DNA from: Vulcanimicrobiota bacterium
Lineage (GTDB): Bacteria > Vulcanimicrobiota > Vulcanimicrobiia > Vulcanimicrobiales > Vulcanimicrobiaceae
Length of the DNA stretch: 64,000 bases
Reading direction: 5' to 3'
Assembly (NCBI GenBank): GCA_963786105.1
Contig: CAWAXX010000012.1
Location: 1 to 64,000 of the forward strand
Shown: piece by piece, positions 23,652-33,226 of the stretch
Layout: every line of letters starts with the position of its first letter
Numbering within the stretch: the first letter of the stretch is position 1
The notes under the pieces: generated by a model
Databases searched by the model: none
Seen by the model: the letters and a program-made list of their open reading frames with translations, nothing else
What the model was told of the DNA's origin: nothing
Made by a program: the position numbers and the translations under genes

Positions 23652-24787
23652 ATGCGATATTTCTTTTCTAGTGGCGAGCCGTCGGGCGAGTCGAGCGCCG
23701 TGTTGCTGGCGCAGGCGATTCGCGAGATCGATCCGGACGCGCGGTTCGAAGGCATCGGGGCGGAGCGGATGCGCGCCGCCGGTTTCAGCATTTGGCGCGA
23801 TCATACGGGATGGGCCAGCATGGGACCGCTGGCGGCTCTGCCGCGCATTCCGAAATTGCTGGCAACGATGTGGCGCACGGCATTCCATCTTTGCAAGACT
23901 CGAAGCCGGACTTGGTCGTGCTGGTCGATTTCGGCGTCTTCAACCTGCGCTTGGCAATGACGCTTCGCCGGCTACGTTATGCGGGACCGGTGCTCGACGT
24001 GTTTCCTCCGGGGACGTGGCTCGACAATGCGAAGAAAGCCCGCGAAGTGAGCGCGGTTGCGGTTCCGCTGACGGCCTTTGCCCATCAGGAAAAATTTTAC
24101 AAGAGCCTCGGATGCCCGGTGGTGTACTTCGGTCATCCGCTCGCCGGCGAGTACCGCCGGCGTCCGCCGCGGGCGGCACCGCCTGCCGACGGCGGAACGG
24201 TCGCGATTCTTCCCGGCAGCCGAAGCGGCGAGCTCCGATACCATCTGCCGGCGGTCGTCGACGCCTTTCGACTGCTCAAAGCGCGGCGTCCGAACGCGCG
24301 CGGAGTGTTCGGCGCATCCGACGATCGGGCGGCCGGCCGCATCGAACGCGCGCTTTCGCGCGCGGGACTGACCGGCGTCAGCGTAGTGCGCGGCGTCAGC
24401 GCGGCTATCGCCGACGCCGACGCCGCGTGGGTGGCTTCGGGCACGGCCGTACTGGAAACCACACTTTCCGGCGTGCCTGCGGTTGCGTTCTACATCATCA
24501 CGCCGATCTTGGTAAAACACGGGCGCACGATGATCAGACACCGTTTCATCACGCTGCCGAATCTGGTGCTCGAGCGCGAAGCCGTTCCCGAACTATTGCA
24601 AGAACAAGCGACGCCGCAGCGCCTGGTCGACGAGATCGAGACGATTCTGCGCGACCCCTCCAAACAATACGCGCAGTTCGCGGAGTTGCGCGAGGCGCTC
24701 GGGCCGCCCGACGCCTTACAGCGTTGTGCCGAGTTCGCCGTCGCGCTCGCGCGGACTCCCGCCGGCGCGGTCGGGCACGCGTCGTGA
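23652..24787 (+). CDS. lpxB: Lipid-A-disaccharide synthase (apparent frameshift near 23890-23902)
   Basis: SSGEPSGE, KPDLVVLVDFGVFN, YFGHPL, ILPGSRSGE, ASGTAVLE, ITLPNL, VPELLQ. Confidence 0.93.
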
Positions 24788-25536
24788 TCCGCATTTACCA
24801 TACGTCGGATTTGCACGACCGGCGCGGCATCGTGTCGCGCCTGCGAGCGCTACGCGAGCAGAACCCCGGACTGCTGTTCGACTGCGGTGATTCCTTGCGC
24901 GGGAGCCAAACCGTCTATTACCGGAACGAACCCATCGTTGCCGAGATCGATGCCGCCGGCTACGACGCACAGGCCATCGGTAACCGCGAATTCCACTATC
25001 TTTTTCCGCTGCTGCGCGCGCGAGCCGCGCGCATGGGGCATCCGCTGGTCTGTACCAACCTGATCGACGTCAAGGGACGGCCGTTACCGTTCGTTCCGTC
25101 ACTCGTTCTCGAACGCGGCGGAGTCCGGATTCACATCCTCGGAGCGTTGGTCATGCAGTACCCGGCCGGCAGCCCGTGGGAGCGGATTTTCGGATGGCGT
25201 TTTCTGGACCCATGGGATGCGATCGGTCCGTACGCGCGCACCGTTCCCGACGGCGATTTGCTGGTCGTGCTCTCGCACGTCGGCCTGAAGCTCGACCGAA
25301 AACTCGCGCAGCGCGTGCCCCGAATCGATCTGCTGCTTGGAGGTCACAGCCACGACACCTTGATCGAACCCGAGTACGCCGGCGGCGTTCCGATCGTCCA
25401 CGCCGGCCCGTACGGACGGTACGTTTCGCGAAGCGAGCTCGCTTTCGATGCGTCGCGGCGAAGGTTCTCGCTGACCGGCTTCTCGCTCGTTCCGCTGCTG
25501 CCGGTGTCGCCCGCGCCCGAGATATTACCCGCGTGA
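24784..25536 (+). CDS. Calcineurin-like metallophosphoesterase (stand-alone 5'-nucleotidase/UshA N-domain type, 250 aa)
   Basis: HTSDLH, DCGD, IGNREF, LSHVG, LLGGHSH; overlaps the lpxB stop (GTGA). Confidence 0.88.
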   Translation: MIRIYHTSDLHDRRGIVSRLRALREQNPGLLFDCGDSLRGSQTVYYRNEPIVAEIDAAGYDAQAIGNREFHYLFPLLRARAARMGHPLVCTNLIDVKGRPLPFVPSLVLERGGVRIHILGALVMQYPAGSPWERIFGWRFLDPWDAIGPYARTVPDGDLLVVLSHVGLKLDRKLAQRVPRIDLLLGGHSHDTLIEPEYAGGVPIVHAGPYGRYVSRSELAFDASRRRFSLTGFSLVPLLPVSPAPEILPA

Positions 25537-26706
25537 CGGCGACGTTGTTCGTCAGCAACGGACACGGCGAAGCGTCGATTGCCGAGCGGATCGCCGTGGA
25601 AGTGAAAGCCTTGGCACCGCGGATGCGCCTCGATCATCTGGCGTTGGTCGGTGACGAAGCGTCCGTCGCGGAGTCGATGCACGACGTGGGTCCGCGGCGC
25701 GCCATGCCGAGCGGCGGATTGATCGCTATGGGAAACGTCCGTAACATCGTTCGCGACATCCGCGCGGGATTGCTCGGTCTCACCGTGGCCCAACGGCGTT
25801 TCTTACGGTCGGTCCGTGGCGAGTACGACGTTGCGGTCGCGGTCGGCGACGCGTTGGCGCTGGTGATGGCGTTGCAAGCACGTTCGCCGGCGGTTTTCGT
25901 CGGCACGGCAAAGAGCGTCAACGTCGCGCCTTACGGCGCTTTCGAGTCGCGCCTGCTCCGGCGCGCCGCCGCGTGCTTCGTACGCGACGATGCGACCGCG
26001 CGACGGCTCGCCGCCGGTGGGCTTACGGTCGAGGCGGCCAACGTGATCGTCGACCTTTTCGCAACGGTGGACGATCCGAGAGCGCGGTTCGTGGTGGATG
26101 GGTTCTCGCCGGTTGTGGCCTTGTTTCCCGGAAGCCGCTCCGGCGCGTACGAGGATGCGGCGTTTCTGCTCGAGGTTACGCGACGGCTGGCCGACCACGA
26201 GCCGTCACTGGGCGCGGTGCTTTCGATTGCGCGCGGCCTCGACGCACGACGCTTTGCGAACTCGGCGCAGCTCGCGGGCTGGCAGGTGTCGGACGATGGC
26301 GACGAGACGCTCGTTCCCTTCACGCTGGGTCTGCAGAATCGTACGCGCGTGCGTGCCTGGCGCGGTGCGCTCGGACCGATTCTGCGACGCGCGACGCTCG
26401 TACTCGGGCAAGCGGGAACCGCGAACGAAGCGGCCGCGGCCGCCGGCGTGCCGGTGGTCGCCTTTGAAGACGCTCGCCGAGCGCAGGCCGATGTGGTATC
26501 GCCGGCGCCAACGCGGTCTGCTGGGCGATGCTCTGACGGTGTTTCCGGCCGACGTGGATGAGGCCGTCGCCGGCGTGCGGGGGTTGTTGACCGATCCGGA
26601 CCGGCGCGCGCGCATGGGGGCAGCCGGCCGCGCGCGCATGGGCGAACCAGGAGCTGCGCGACGCATTGCCGAGCGCATCGTCGCCATTGCCGGAGAACGG
26701 CCGTAA
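25533..26706 (+). CDS. Lipid-A-disaccharide-synthase-related GT-B glycosyltransferase (apparent +1 frameshift near 26467)
   Basis: LFVSNGHGE, MPSGG, VAVGD, FVGTAKS, LFPGSR, GQAGTANE, RQRGLLG, RMGEPGAA; resembles the cyanobacterial TIGR03492-type family. Confidence 0.8.
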
Positions 26707-27930
26707 ATGCTGCGCCGCCTATTGCCGCTCGGATTCGCGTTGGTCTACGCCGCTTTGCCGCTCTTCCCGTCGTTCATCTCGCTGACGAGCGTCACGTTTC
26801 CCGGCGTTTCGGTAGTCCCGAAACCGATGGTCTTTGGCGTTCTCGCGTTGGTCGGAGTGCTGCTCGTTTACGTTTCCGTTCTGCTGTTGCGGTATCGGCT
26901 GCCGCGCTCGCAGCCGTTGCTGTTGCCGATGCTCGCGTGGTTCGGTGCGGCCGCGCTCTCGGCGGCGGTCGGATTCGACCCATTTCGCGGACTGTTGTTT
27001 TTGTGCATCTTTGGGACGAGCATCGTCTGGCATTGCTCGCTGCTGCGATTCTACTCCGAGCGCAACGTCGAGAGCGCGATTTTCTGGTCGTACCTGTCGT
27101 CCGGTGCGCTGGCTGCCGCGGCGGCAGTCGTTATGGTTTTAACGCGCACTCCCGCGGCACTCTACGCTCTGCAACACGGCCGCGCGACCGGAACGTTCGT
27201 CTTGCCGGGCGAGCTGGCCGCTTATCTCATCGTGCTATTGCCGATCGCCTACGCGATCGCACGAATCGGCCGAACGCCGGCGCTGCGCGTCTTGGCGTGG
27301 GCAACGATTGCAATCGGTCTGATCGCGCTGGCGCTGACGTATTCGCGCGCAGGCTGGATGGGATGTGCGGCGGCCGTCGCGTTCCTCGCGGCCCTGCAAA
27401 CGCGCAGGCTGCGCCGCGGCGGCGTCGCAGCGTTCGTCGTGGTCGTGGTGGGCGCGGCGGTCGTGCTGCTCCTCTTTAATAGCCACCACGACCCAAGCGA
27501 AGATTACACGCGCATCTCGATTTGGCAGGCGGCGTTGCAAATTATCGACCGGTTCCCATTGACCGGCGTTGGACCATTCGATTTTCCGCGTCTGTACGCG
27601 TTGGTGCACGTTCCTGATGCCGACCGCACCGCGTTCCACGCGCACAGCCTGTACTTGACGTTCTTTGCCGAAGGCGGAATTCTCATGCTGGCGGCTTTCC
27701 TGTGGAACGCCTGGGCGTTCGCCGTCGAGTTACGCACGCGCGTCGCTCGAGTCGAGCCGGCGGCGACGCTGCTGTCGCTCGCGGTTGCAGCGGGACTCGT
27801 CGGCGTTGCCGTGCAAGGCCTTATCGATACGATGAGCATCGTCATATTTGGACTCTGGCTGCCGGCGATGGGCTTGGCGCTGGCCGCGGCGCAGCCGAAA
27901 ACACCGGTCGCCGTCGGACCGGCGAACTAG
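26707..27930 (+). CDS. O-antigen ligase (WaaL/Wzy_C) family membrane protein
   Basis: Multiple TM segments; RATGTF, LTYSRAGW, RISIWQAA...PLTGVG, HAHSLYL. Confidence 0.85.
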   Translation: MLRRLLPLGFALVYAALPLFPSFISLTSVTFPGVSVVPKPMVFGVLALVGVLLVYVSVLLLRYRLPRSQPLLLPMLAWFGAAALSAAVGFDPFRGLLFLCIFGTSIVWHCSLLRFYSERNVESAIFWSYLSSGALAAAAAVVMVLTRTPAALYALQHGRATGTFVLPGELAAYLIVLLPIAYAIARIGRTPALRVLAWATIAIGLIALALTYSRAGWMGCAAAVAFLAALQTRRLRRGGVAAFVVVVVGAAVVLLLFNSHHDPSEDYTRISIWQAALQIIDRFPLTGVGPFDFPRLYALVHVPDADRTAFHAHSLYLTFFAEGGILMLAAFLWNAWAFAVELRTRVARVEPAATLLSLAVAAGLVGVAVQGLIDTMSIVIFGLWLPAMGLALAAAQPKTPVAVGPAN

Positions 27931-28487
27931 TGCGGCGTGCGAGGTGGTTGAGCGGCTGCCTGCCGGTAGTGCTGCTCCTATGCGCTTGCAATCCCCAAGC
28001 GCCCCAGTCGGCGCCGAGTCCTGCTTCGAGCGGGTCGCAACCGAAAGCGATCGCGACCACGCCGCCGTTGCACATTACCGGCCAGGGCAGCGCCCGGCGC
28101 CCCGTGAGGATCATTCAGCAGGTCCGCAATCGCGTCCAGTATGAATTGATCGCAAAGTCGTACGAGAGTCGGGGCGCGCAAGGCAAGGCTCGAGCGGTGT
28201 TTCAGGACGCGCGCGTCACCTTCCACGACCGGAACGGCACGACGATGACGGCGACCGCGCCGCAAGCCATCGTCGACGAAAACACCAACGCCGTAACGAT
28301 GGTCGGCACGGTGCACGCCAGGACGAGCACCGGCATGCAGTTGGAGTGCTCGCGGCTGGTGTACGACCGTACCGGCGAAATGCTGCACGGCGACGGCAAC
28401 GTCGTCATCACCGATCCTAACGGGTTTCGCGGAACGGGCTCGAGCTTTGATTCCGATATCTCACTTACCCACATGCGGATGCAATGA
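27930..28487 (+). CDS. lptC: LPS export periplasmic protein, LptC-like lipoprotein
   Basis: LLCAC lipobox; beta-jellyroll-like [10 protein letters not shown]...LECSRLVYD...GDGNVVI; directly before lptB. Confidence 0.75.
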   Translation: MRRARWLSGCLPVVLLLCACNPQAPQSAPSPASSGSQPKAIATTPPLHITGQGSARRPVRIIQQVRNRVQYELIAKSYESRGAQGKARAVFQDARVTFHDRNGTTMTATAPQAIVDENTNAVTMVGTVHARTSTGMQLECSRLVYDRTGEMLHGDGNVVITDPNGFRGTGSSFDSDISLTHMRMQ

Positions 28488-29230
28488 ACGGCGAAGAATC
28501 TTCTATAAAAGTGCGCGGCTTGGTAAAGCGCTACGGCGAGCGGACCGTCGTCAACGGCGTGTCGGCCGAAGTTGGCAACGGCGAAGTCGTCGGATTGCTG
28601 GGGCCCAACGGCGCCGGCAAAACGACGACGTTCTACATGGTCGTCGGCTTGGTCAAGCCGGACGGCGGCACGGTGCTGCTGGAAACCAAGTCGGGCGAAA
28701 TCAATCTGACGTCGGCGCCGATGTATGCCCGGGCGCGCAACGGCGTCGGGTACCTGTCGCAGGAGAACTCGATCTTTCGCAAACTCTCGGTCGGCGACAA
28801 CATTCGCCTGATCTGGGAGCAAAACGGCGTTCCCCACGACGAACAGGAGCGGCGGTTGCCGGCGCTGCTCGAGGAGTTCGGTTTGCGTGCGTTCGTCGAC
28901 GCGCGCGGCGACAGCCTTTCGGGCGGCGAGCGCCGTCGCGTCGAGATCGCGCGCGCGCTGGCCATCGAACCCGCGTTCTTGCTGCTCGACGAACCGTTCA
29001 CCGGCATCGACCCGATCGCCGTCGCCGACATTCAAACGATGATTCGCCAGCTGCGCGATCGCGGACTCGGCATTCTGATAACCGACCATCAAGTTCGCGA
29101 AACGCTCGCCATCGTCGACCGCGCCTACATCATGAACAACGGCCGCATCGAAGTCTCCGGCTCCGCCCAGGAAGTGCTCGACTCGCCCATCGCTCGGACG
29201 TTCTACTTGGGTGAAGGTTTTAGGCTTTAG
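28484..29230 (+). CDS. lptB: LPS export ABC transporter ATPase
   Basis: [61 protein letters not shown]. Confidence 0.96.
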   Translation: MNGEESSIKVRGLVKRYGERTVVNGVSAEVGNGEVVGLLGPNGAGKTTTFYMVVGLVKPDGGTVLLETKSGEINLTSAPMYARARNGVGYLSQENSIFRKLSVGDNIRLIWEQNGVPHDEQERRLPALLEEFGLRAFVDARGDSLSGGERRRVEIARALAIEPAFLLLDEPFTGIDPIAVADIQTMIRQLRDRGLGILITDHQVRETLAIVDRAYIMNNGRIEVSGSAQEVLDSPIARTFYLGEGFRL

Positions 29231-29275
29231 CGGCGTGATCGCAGATTCTGACCGACGGAGATGTTCGTTGTAAAA

Positions 29276-29425
29276 GGCGCTCCGGCTCCAGGCTGCGCGC
29301 CCCCCACTTCGTGGGGCCCCCGGGCCATGGGGCGCTTAAGCGTGCCGGCTTGTACGCTTTCCCCTAGGACGCCCCTAACGATCGTTACCTCGCTGCGGTG
29401 GTTTTCCGGGACCTCGTCGCGCACC
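29276..29425. repeat. ~150-nt structured intergenic element, copy 1 (candidate ncRNA or non-autonomous mobile element)
   Basis: Aligns with 47958-48106: 51/55 identical in the 5' block, 22/26 in the 3' block, equal-length 69-nt middle. Confidence 0.85.
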
Positions 29426-29441
29426 GCGTTGCGCTAGTCCC

Positions 29442-30548
29442 ATGCGATTGAGCATTCTCGACCGATATATGCTCACCGAGCTGTCCGGGCCGTTCGGCTT
29501 TGGGTTGGGCGCGTTCACGCTGATTTTTGCGGCGACCGAGATTTTGAACATCGGCAAATTGGTGAGCAACGAGCACGCTCCGCTGTGGGCGGCATTGTTG
29601 GTGTTTGCGTGGTCCCTGCCGGCCTACGTCGTGCTGGTTATTCCAATGGCGCTGCTGCTGGGAACGCTGCTGGCGATTCAGCGGCTGTCGAGCGACAGCG
29701 AGATTACCGCGATGAAGGCGGCGGGCATCACCTTTTCGCGGATCGTGACGCCGCTGCTGGCCGTCGGGATCGTCATGTCGTTTGCGACCCTATTCCTTCA
29801 GGAGGAGCTGGTTCCGTACGCGAACGACCAGCTCATCGAGATCGAAAACGCCGTCATCAATCACAGTAGTGCGTTCAATCGGGATCTTACCGTTTCCGCG
29901 CCGCTGCCGGGCGGCGGGCGGCAGGTCACGGTCGCCACGGCGTACGAACCGAATTCACGCGCGCTGCTGCACGTAACGCTGATTCAGTACGACAACCACA
30001 ACCAGGCACGCCAGATCGTTTTTGCGGATCGAGCGGAGTTCACCGTCAACAAATGGATTCTGCAGAATTCGAGCCTCTATCGCTTCAATCCCGACGGGTC
30101 GGTTCTCGCCGAACCGCCGATTCCGCAGCAGCAAGTCGAAATCGGCGAGAATCCGACCGATCTCGTCAAACGAATCAAGAACGACGATCCCGACAGCATG
30201 AGCCGCGCCCAAATCGCCGGCATCGTTCATTCCGGACAGCTGACGGAGAGCGAACGGCGAAAGTACGTCGCGACGTATCAGGAAAAGCTGGCGCGGCCAT
30301 TCGCGTGCTTCGTTTTCATTCTGATCGCGGTGCCGTTCGGCTTGCGGTCCGTCCGCAGCGGCGGCAGCAGCACGAGCCTAGGGTTCGGATTGTCCCTCGC
30401 AATCGTTTTCGTCTACTATATCGTGATGACCCTATGCTCGTTCCTCGGCGAAGCGTTCCTGGGCGCGGCCTGGCTGTGGGCGTGGATGCCCAACCTGCTT
30501 TTCACGGCGATCGGCTTGTCGCGCCTGCGGCAGGCGGCGACGGTGTAG
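29442..30548 (+). CDS. LptF/LptG family permease
   Basis: ILDRYML, PMALLLGTL...RLSSDSEITAMKAAGI, KLARPFAC, WMPN. Confidence 0.93.
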   Translation: MRLSILDRYMLTELSGPFGFGLGAFTLIFAATEILNIGKLVSNEHAPLWAALLVFAWSLPAYVVLVIPMALLLGTLLAIQRLSSDSEITAMKAAGITFSRIVTPLLAVGIVMSFATLFLQEELVPYANDQLIEIENAVINHSSAFNRDLTVSAPLPGGGRQVTVATAYEPNSRALLHVTLIQYDNHNQARQIVFADRAEFTVNKWILQNSSLYRFNPDGSVLAEPPIPQQQVEIGENPTDLVKRIKNDDPDSMSRAQIAGIVHSGQLTESERRKYVATYQEKLARPFACFVFILIAVPFGLRSVRSGGSSTSLGFGLSLAIVFVYYIVMTLCSFLGEAFLGAAWLWAWMPNLLFTAIGLSRLRQAATV

Positions 30549-30561
30549 GAGCGGCTCGTCC

Positions 30562-31509
30562 ATGAATTTCGTCGAGATCGTCCGCGGCATCGGCAACGTC
30601 CTCTTCGTGATGGCGATCGCCGGCGCGGTCGCCTACGTCGGCGACCGGGTCGGGCACCAGGTCGGTCGCAAGCGGCTGACGCTGTTCGGCATCCGCCCGC
30701 GTTACACGTCGACGATCATCGCGATCGGAACCGGGATGGTCATCGCCCTGGTCGTTACGCTGGTCGCGATTTTTGCGTCGCAACAGGTCAAGACGGCATT
30801 TTTCAAGCTCAACTCGATCAATCAGCAGATCACCGAGTTAACCCGCCGCGAGCGCGATCTCGAAGCCAAAGTCAATACCGGGCGATTGATCGTGCAGGTC
30901 GACGCGCTGATGGTCCCCTTCTACCGTACCATCGACCAGTCGGCGACGTCGTCGCAGCGACTGTCGACGATCCGATCCTTCTACTACGACGCGGTCAAGT
31001 TCGTCAATGCGAACTACCCCCGGCTCGGCCTCAAGCCGTATGCGATCCCAACCGACGCCGACGCGAAGCTATTGGGATTGGCGACGAATCTGAATACCGC
31101 CGCCAAGCTTTCGCAGGCGAACGTCATGCTGACCGTGACGTCCGATCAGAATCTCTTTCAGAACGACCAGATCCACTTCGCCATCAACGTTACGGCGGAT
31201 ATCCGGTACTTCCAAAAAGGGCAGGTCATCGCGCAGCTGACGATTCCGGGAAAGAGCGGCGCGAGCGTGAACATCGCGCTGAGCCAGCTTCAGAACTACG
31301 TGTCGATCTCGGCGCGCCGCCTCGGCCTGCCGCCCTTTCTGGCAGATAACGTTCAGCCGTTGCAGCTGATACCCGACGCGCACCAGATGCAGCAGCGAGT
31401 TGCCAAATCGGGAACCTTTCTCCTGACGGCGTTTGCGGCCGACGATTTCTATCCGCATATCGGCGGCATTCCGATCATCATCGTCCTCACCCAACAACCG
31501 GGCTCGTGA
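30562..31509 (+). CDS. DUF3084-like membrane protein
   Basis: AYVGDRVGHQVGRKRLTLFGIRPRYTS motif. Confidence 0.8.
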   Translation: MNFVEIVRGIGNVLFVMAIAGAVAYVGDRVGHQVGRKRLTLFGIRPRYTSTIIAIGTGMVIALVVTLVAIFASQQVKTAFFKLNSINQQITELTRRERDLEAKVNTGRLIVQVDALMVPFYRTIDQSATSSQRLSTIRSFYYDAVKFVNANYPRLGLKPYAIPTDADAKLLGLATNLNTAAKLSQANVMLTVTSDQNLFQNDQIHFAINVTADIRYFQKGQVIAQLTIPGKSGASVNIALSQLQNYVSISARRLGLPPFLADNVQPLQLIPDAHQMQQRVAKSGTFLLTAFAADDFYPHIGGIPIIIVLTQQPGS

Positions 31510-31919
31510 GCGCGGCCGCCGGGGCGGTCCTGGGCGTCGACCCGGGTAGCGACAAGGCCGGTTTCGCCCTGCTCGACGGGGAGGGAGGCGTGATCGAAGC
31601 TGGAGTCGCCCGCGTGCCGGCCCTGCGCGACCGGCTGCGCGCCCTGCTCGCGGCTCACCCCGTCCAGGCGCTGGCGCTCGGCCGGGGCACCAACGCGCGG
31701 GCGCTCGCCGTCGCGCTCGGCGATTTGGGGGTCCCGATTCATCTTGTCGACGAATACGAGACCACGCGCCGGGCTCGCGAGCTATACTTCAAGGATCATC
31801 CGCCGCGCGGATGGCGGCGCCTGATCCCTTTGGGGCTTCAGCTCCCGCCCGGCCCGGTCGACGACTACGCGGCAATTTTGATCGCCCGGCGCTTTCTCGC
31901 CAGGGGCTACGGGCCCTAG
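31506..31919 (+). CDS. YqgF/RuvX-like RNase H-fold protein
   Basis: VLGVDPGSDKAG, LGRGT, VDEYETT..AR..YF, PVDDYAAILIA. Confidence 0.82.
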   Translation: MSAAAGAVLGVDPGSDKAGFALLDGEGGVIEAGVARVPALRDRLRALLAAHPVQALALGRGTNARALAVALGDLGVPIHLVDEYETTRRARELYFKDHPPRGWRRLIPLGLQLPPGPVDDYAAILIARRFLARGYGP

Positions 31920-32009
31920 TCTCCAAGAGGAAATACCCGCCGGCAGCGAACGACGCTAACAGGTCGTCGCGTTTATCGGATGGGTGTATATCGAGGACCG
32001 GAGGAGTAC

Positions 32010-33210
32010 GTGCGTCGGCTAGTCGGCGTCATCGTGACCACAGTGCTCGCAGCAGCGCTAGCGTTTGGTATGTCCCCGGCGTCGTTGACCCCGGCGGATG
32101 GCGCGGCGTTCGATCTTCGTCCGCAGTTGATGCTGCAGCTCTTTGGCGAATCGTCGGACTCGCGCGCTTCGCTGGCGGCAGCGTACGGCGATCGAACCAG
32201 CGAGTCGCCGCTTCGCGAACTCGCGCTCGGAAAACGCGTCGAGGAAGGCACGGACGCCTTCGTCCGCGTGCCGTCCGGCCCGACCTTTGCGCTGACGCAT
32301 GCCGGGCGTTCGCTGCTGGCCGCTGACGGCGACACATTCGGTCTGCCCCAAAGCGTTCGCGTTCGGCTGCTCCAAACGAATTTGCGTTTCTCGGCGCCGT
32401 CGCCGTCAACCGCGGAGGTCTCGTCGTCACCCGCGTTCGGACGCTGCGCGCGTCGCACCGGCAGCGACGTTCACTGCCGGACAATACCAGCCGGTGGCAG
32501 CGGCAACGCTGGTGTCGTCGCAATCGGTACCGTTTTCTTTCAGTCCGTTGACGCGCGCGGCGCCGTCCAGTCCGTCGCAGAGTTTGGCGATGGCGTTCGG
32601 AAGCGCGACCGCACCGGCCGGCGCGGCCGGTTCGTCGACCTTGGTGCCGGCCGCGGTTCACCTCGGCCCCCTGCAGTTCACGACCCGGCTGGAAAGCGCT
32701 TCGCTGGCCGCGCCCGCGCTTTCGCTGAACGATAACGCGTACGGTGCCGGTGCGAACTTCGACGTGCGCGCCGGAGCGCGCAAGCTCAACGTCGACGTTT
32801 CGAGCAACTACGAGCGTTTAACGCGTAACGATGCGACCGGGCTGTCGGCGCCGGCGATCGGGTCGACGTCGTGGCAGCTTCCCAGCGCCGACACGCCGCT
32901 CGTCGTACCCAACTATGCGAACATGAGTAAAGTTTCGGTCGGCGCCGCGGTGGCCGTTCCGGTCGTGAACGGATTGACGCTGAATCTCAACTATGCAGCC
33001 GATCGGATGTTCGGCGGATACGGCATGCCGGGACTGACCAATCTCGATGCGACCGACAACTCCTACGGTGGCATGCTGACGTTCCAGATCCCGCACTCGT
33101 CGAGCACGCTCTCGATTTCGGCGCGTCAGTTGCGCTACGAGGACAATCTCATTCCAGCGAACACGTCCACGCAAACGCGAGAAGACGTGAACCTTACGGT
33201 CAAGTTCTAG
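32010..33210 (+). CDS. Exported protein with probable C-terminal outer-membrane beta-barrel (apparent +1 frameshift near 32439)
   Basis: GGAGGAG RBS and GTG start; signal peptide; amphipathic strands; ends VNLTVKF (beta-signal-like). Confidence 0.6.
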
Positions 33211-33226
33211 AAACCCCGCCGGGTCG

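Noticed and set aside
29276..29425. Cobalamin, c-di-AMP or yybP-ykoY riboswitch identity for the repeated element
   Set aside because: Only short GC-rich resemblances; the diagnostic conserved motifs are missing on both strands and the downstream genes do not fit.
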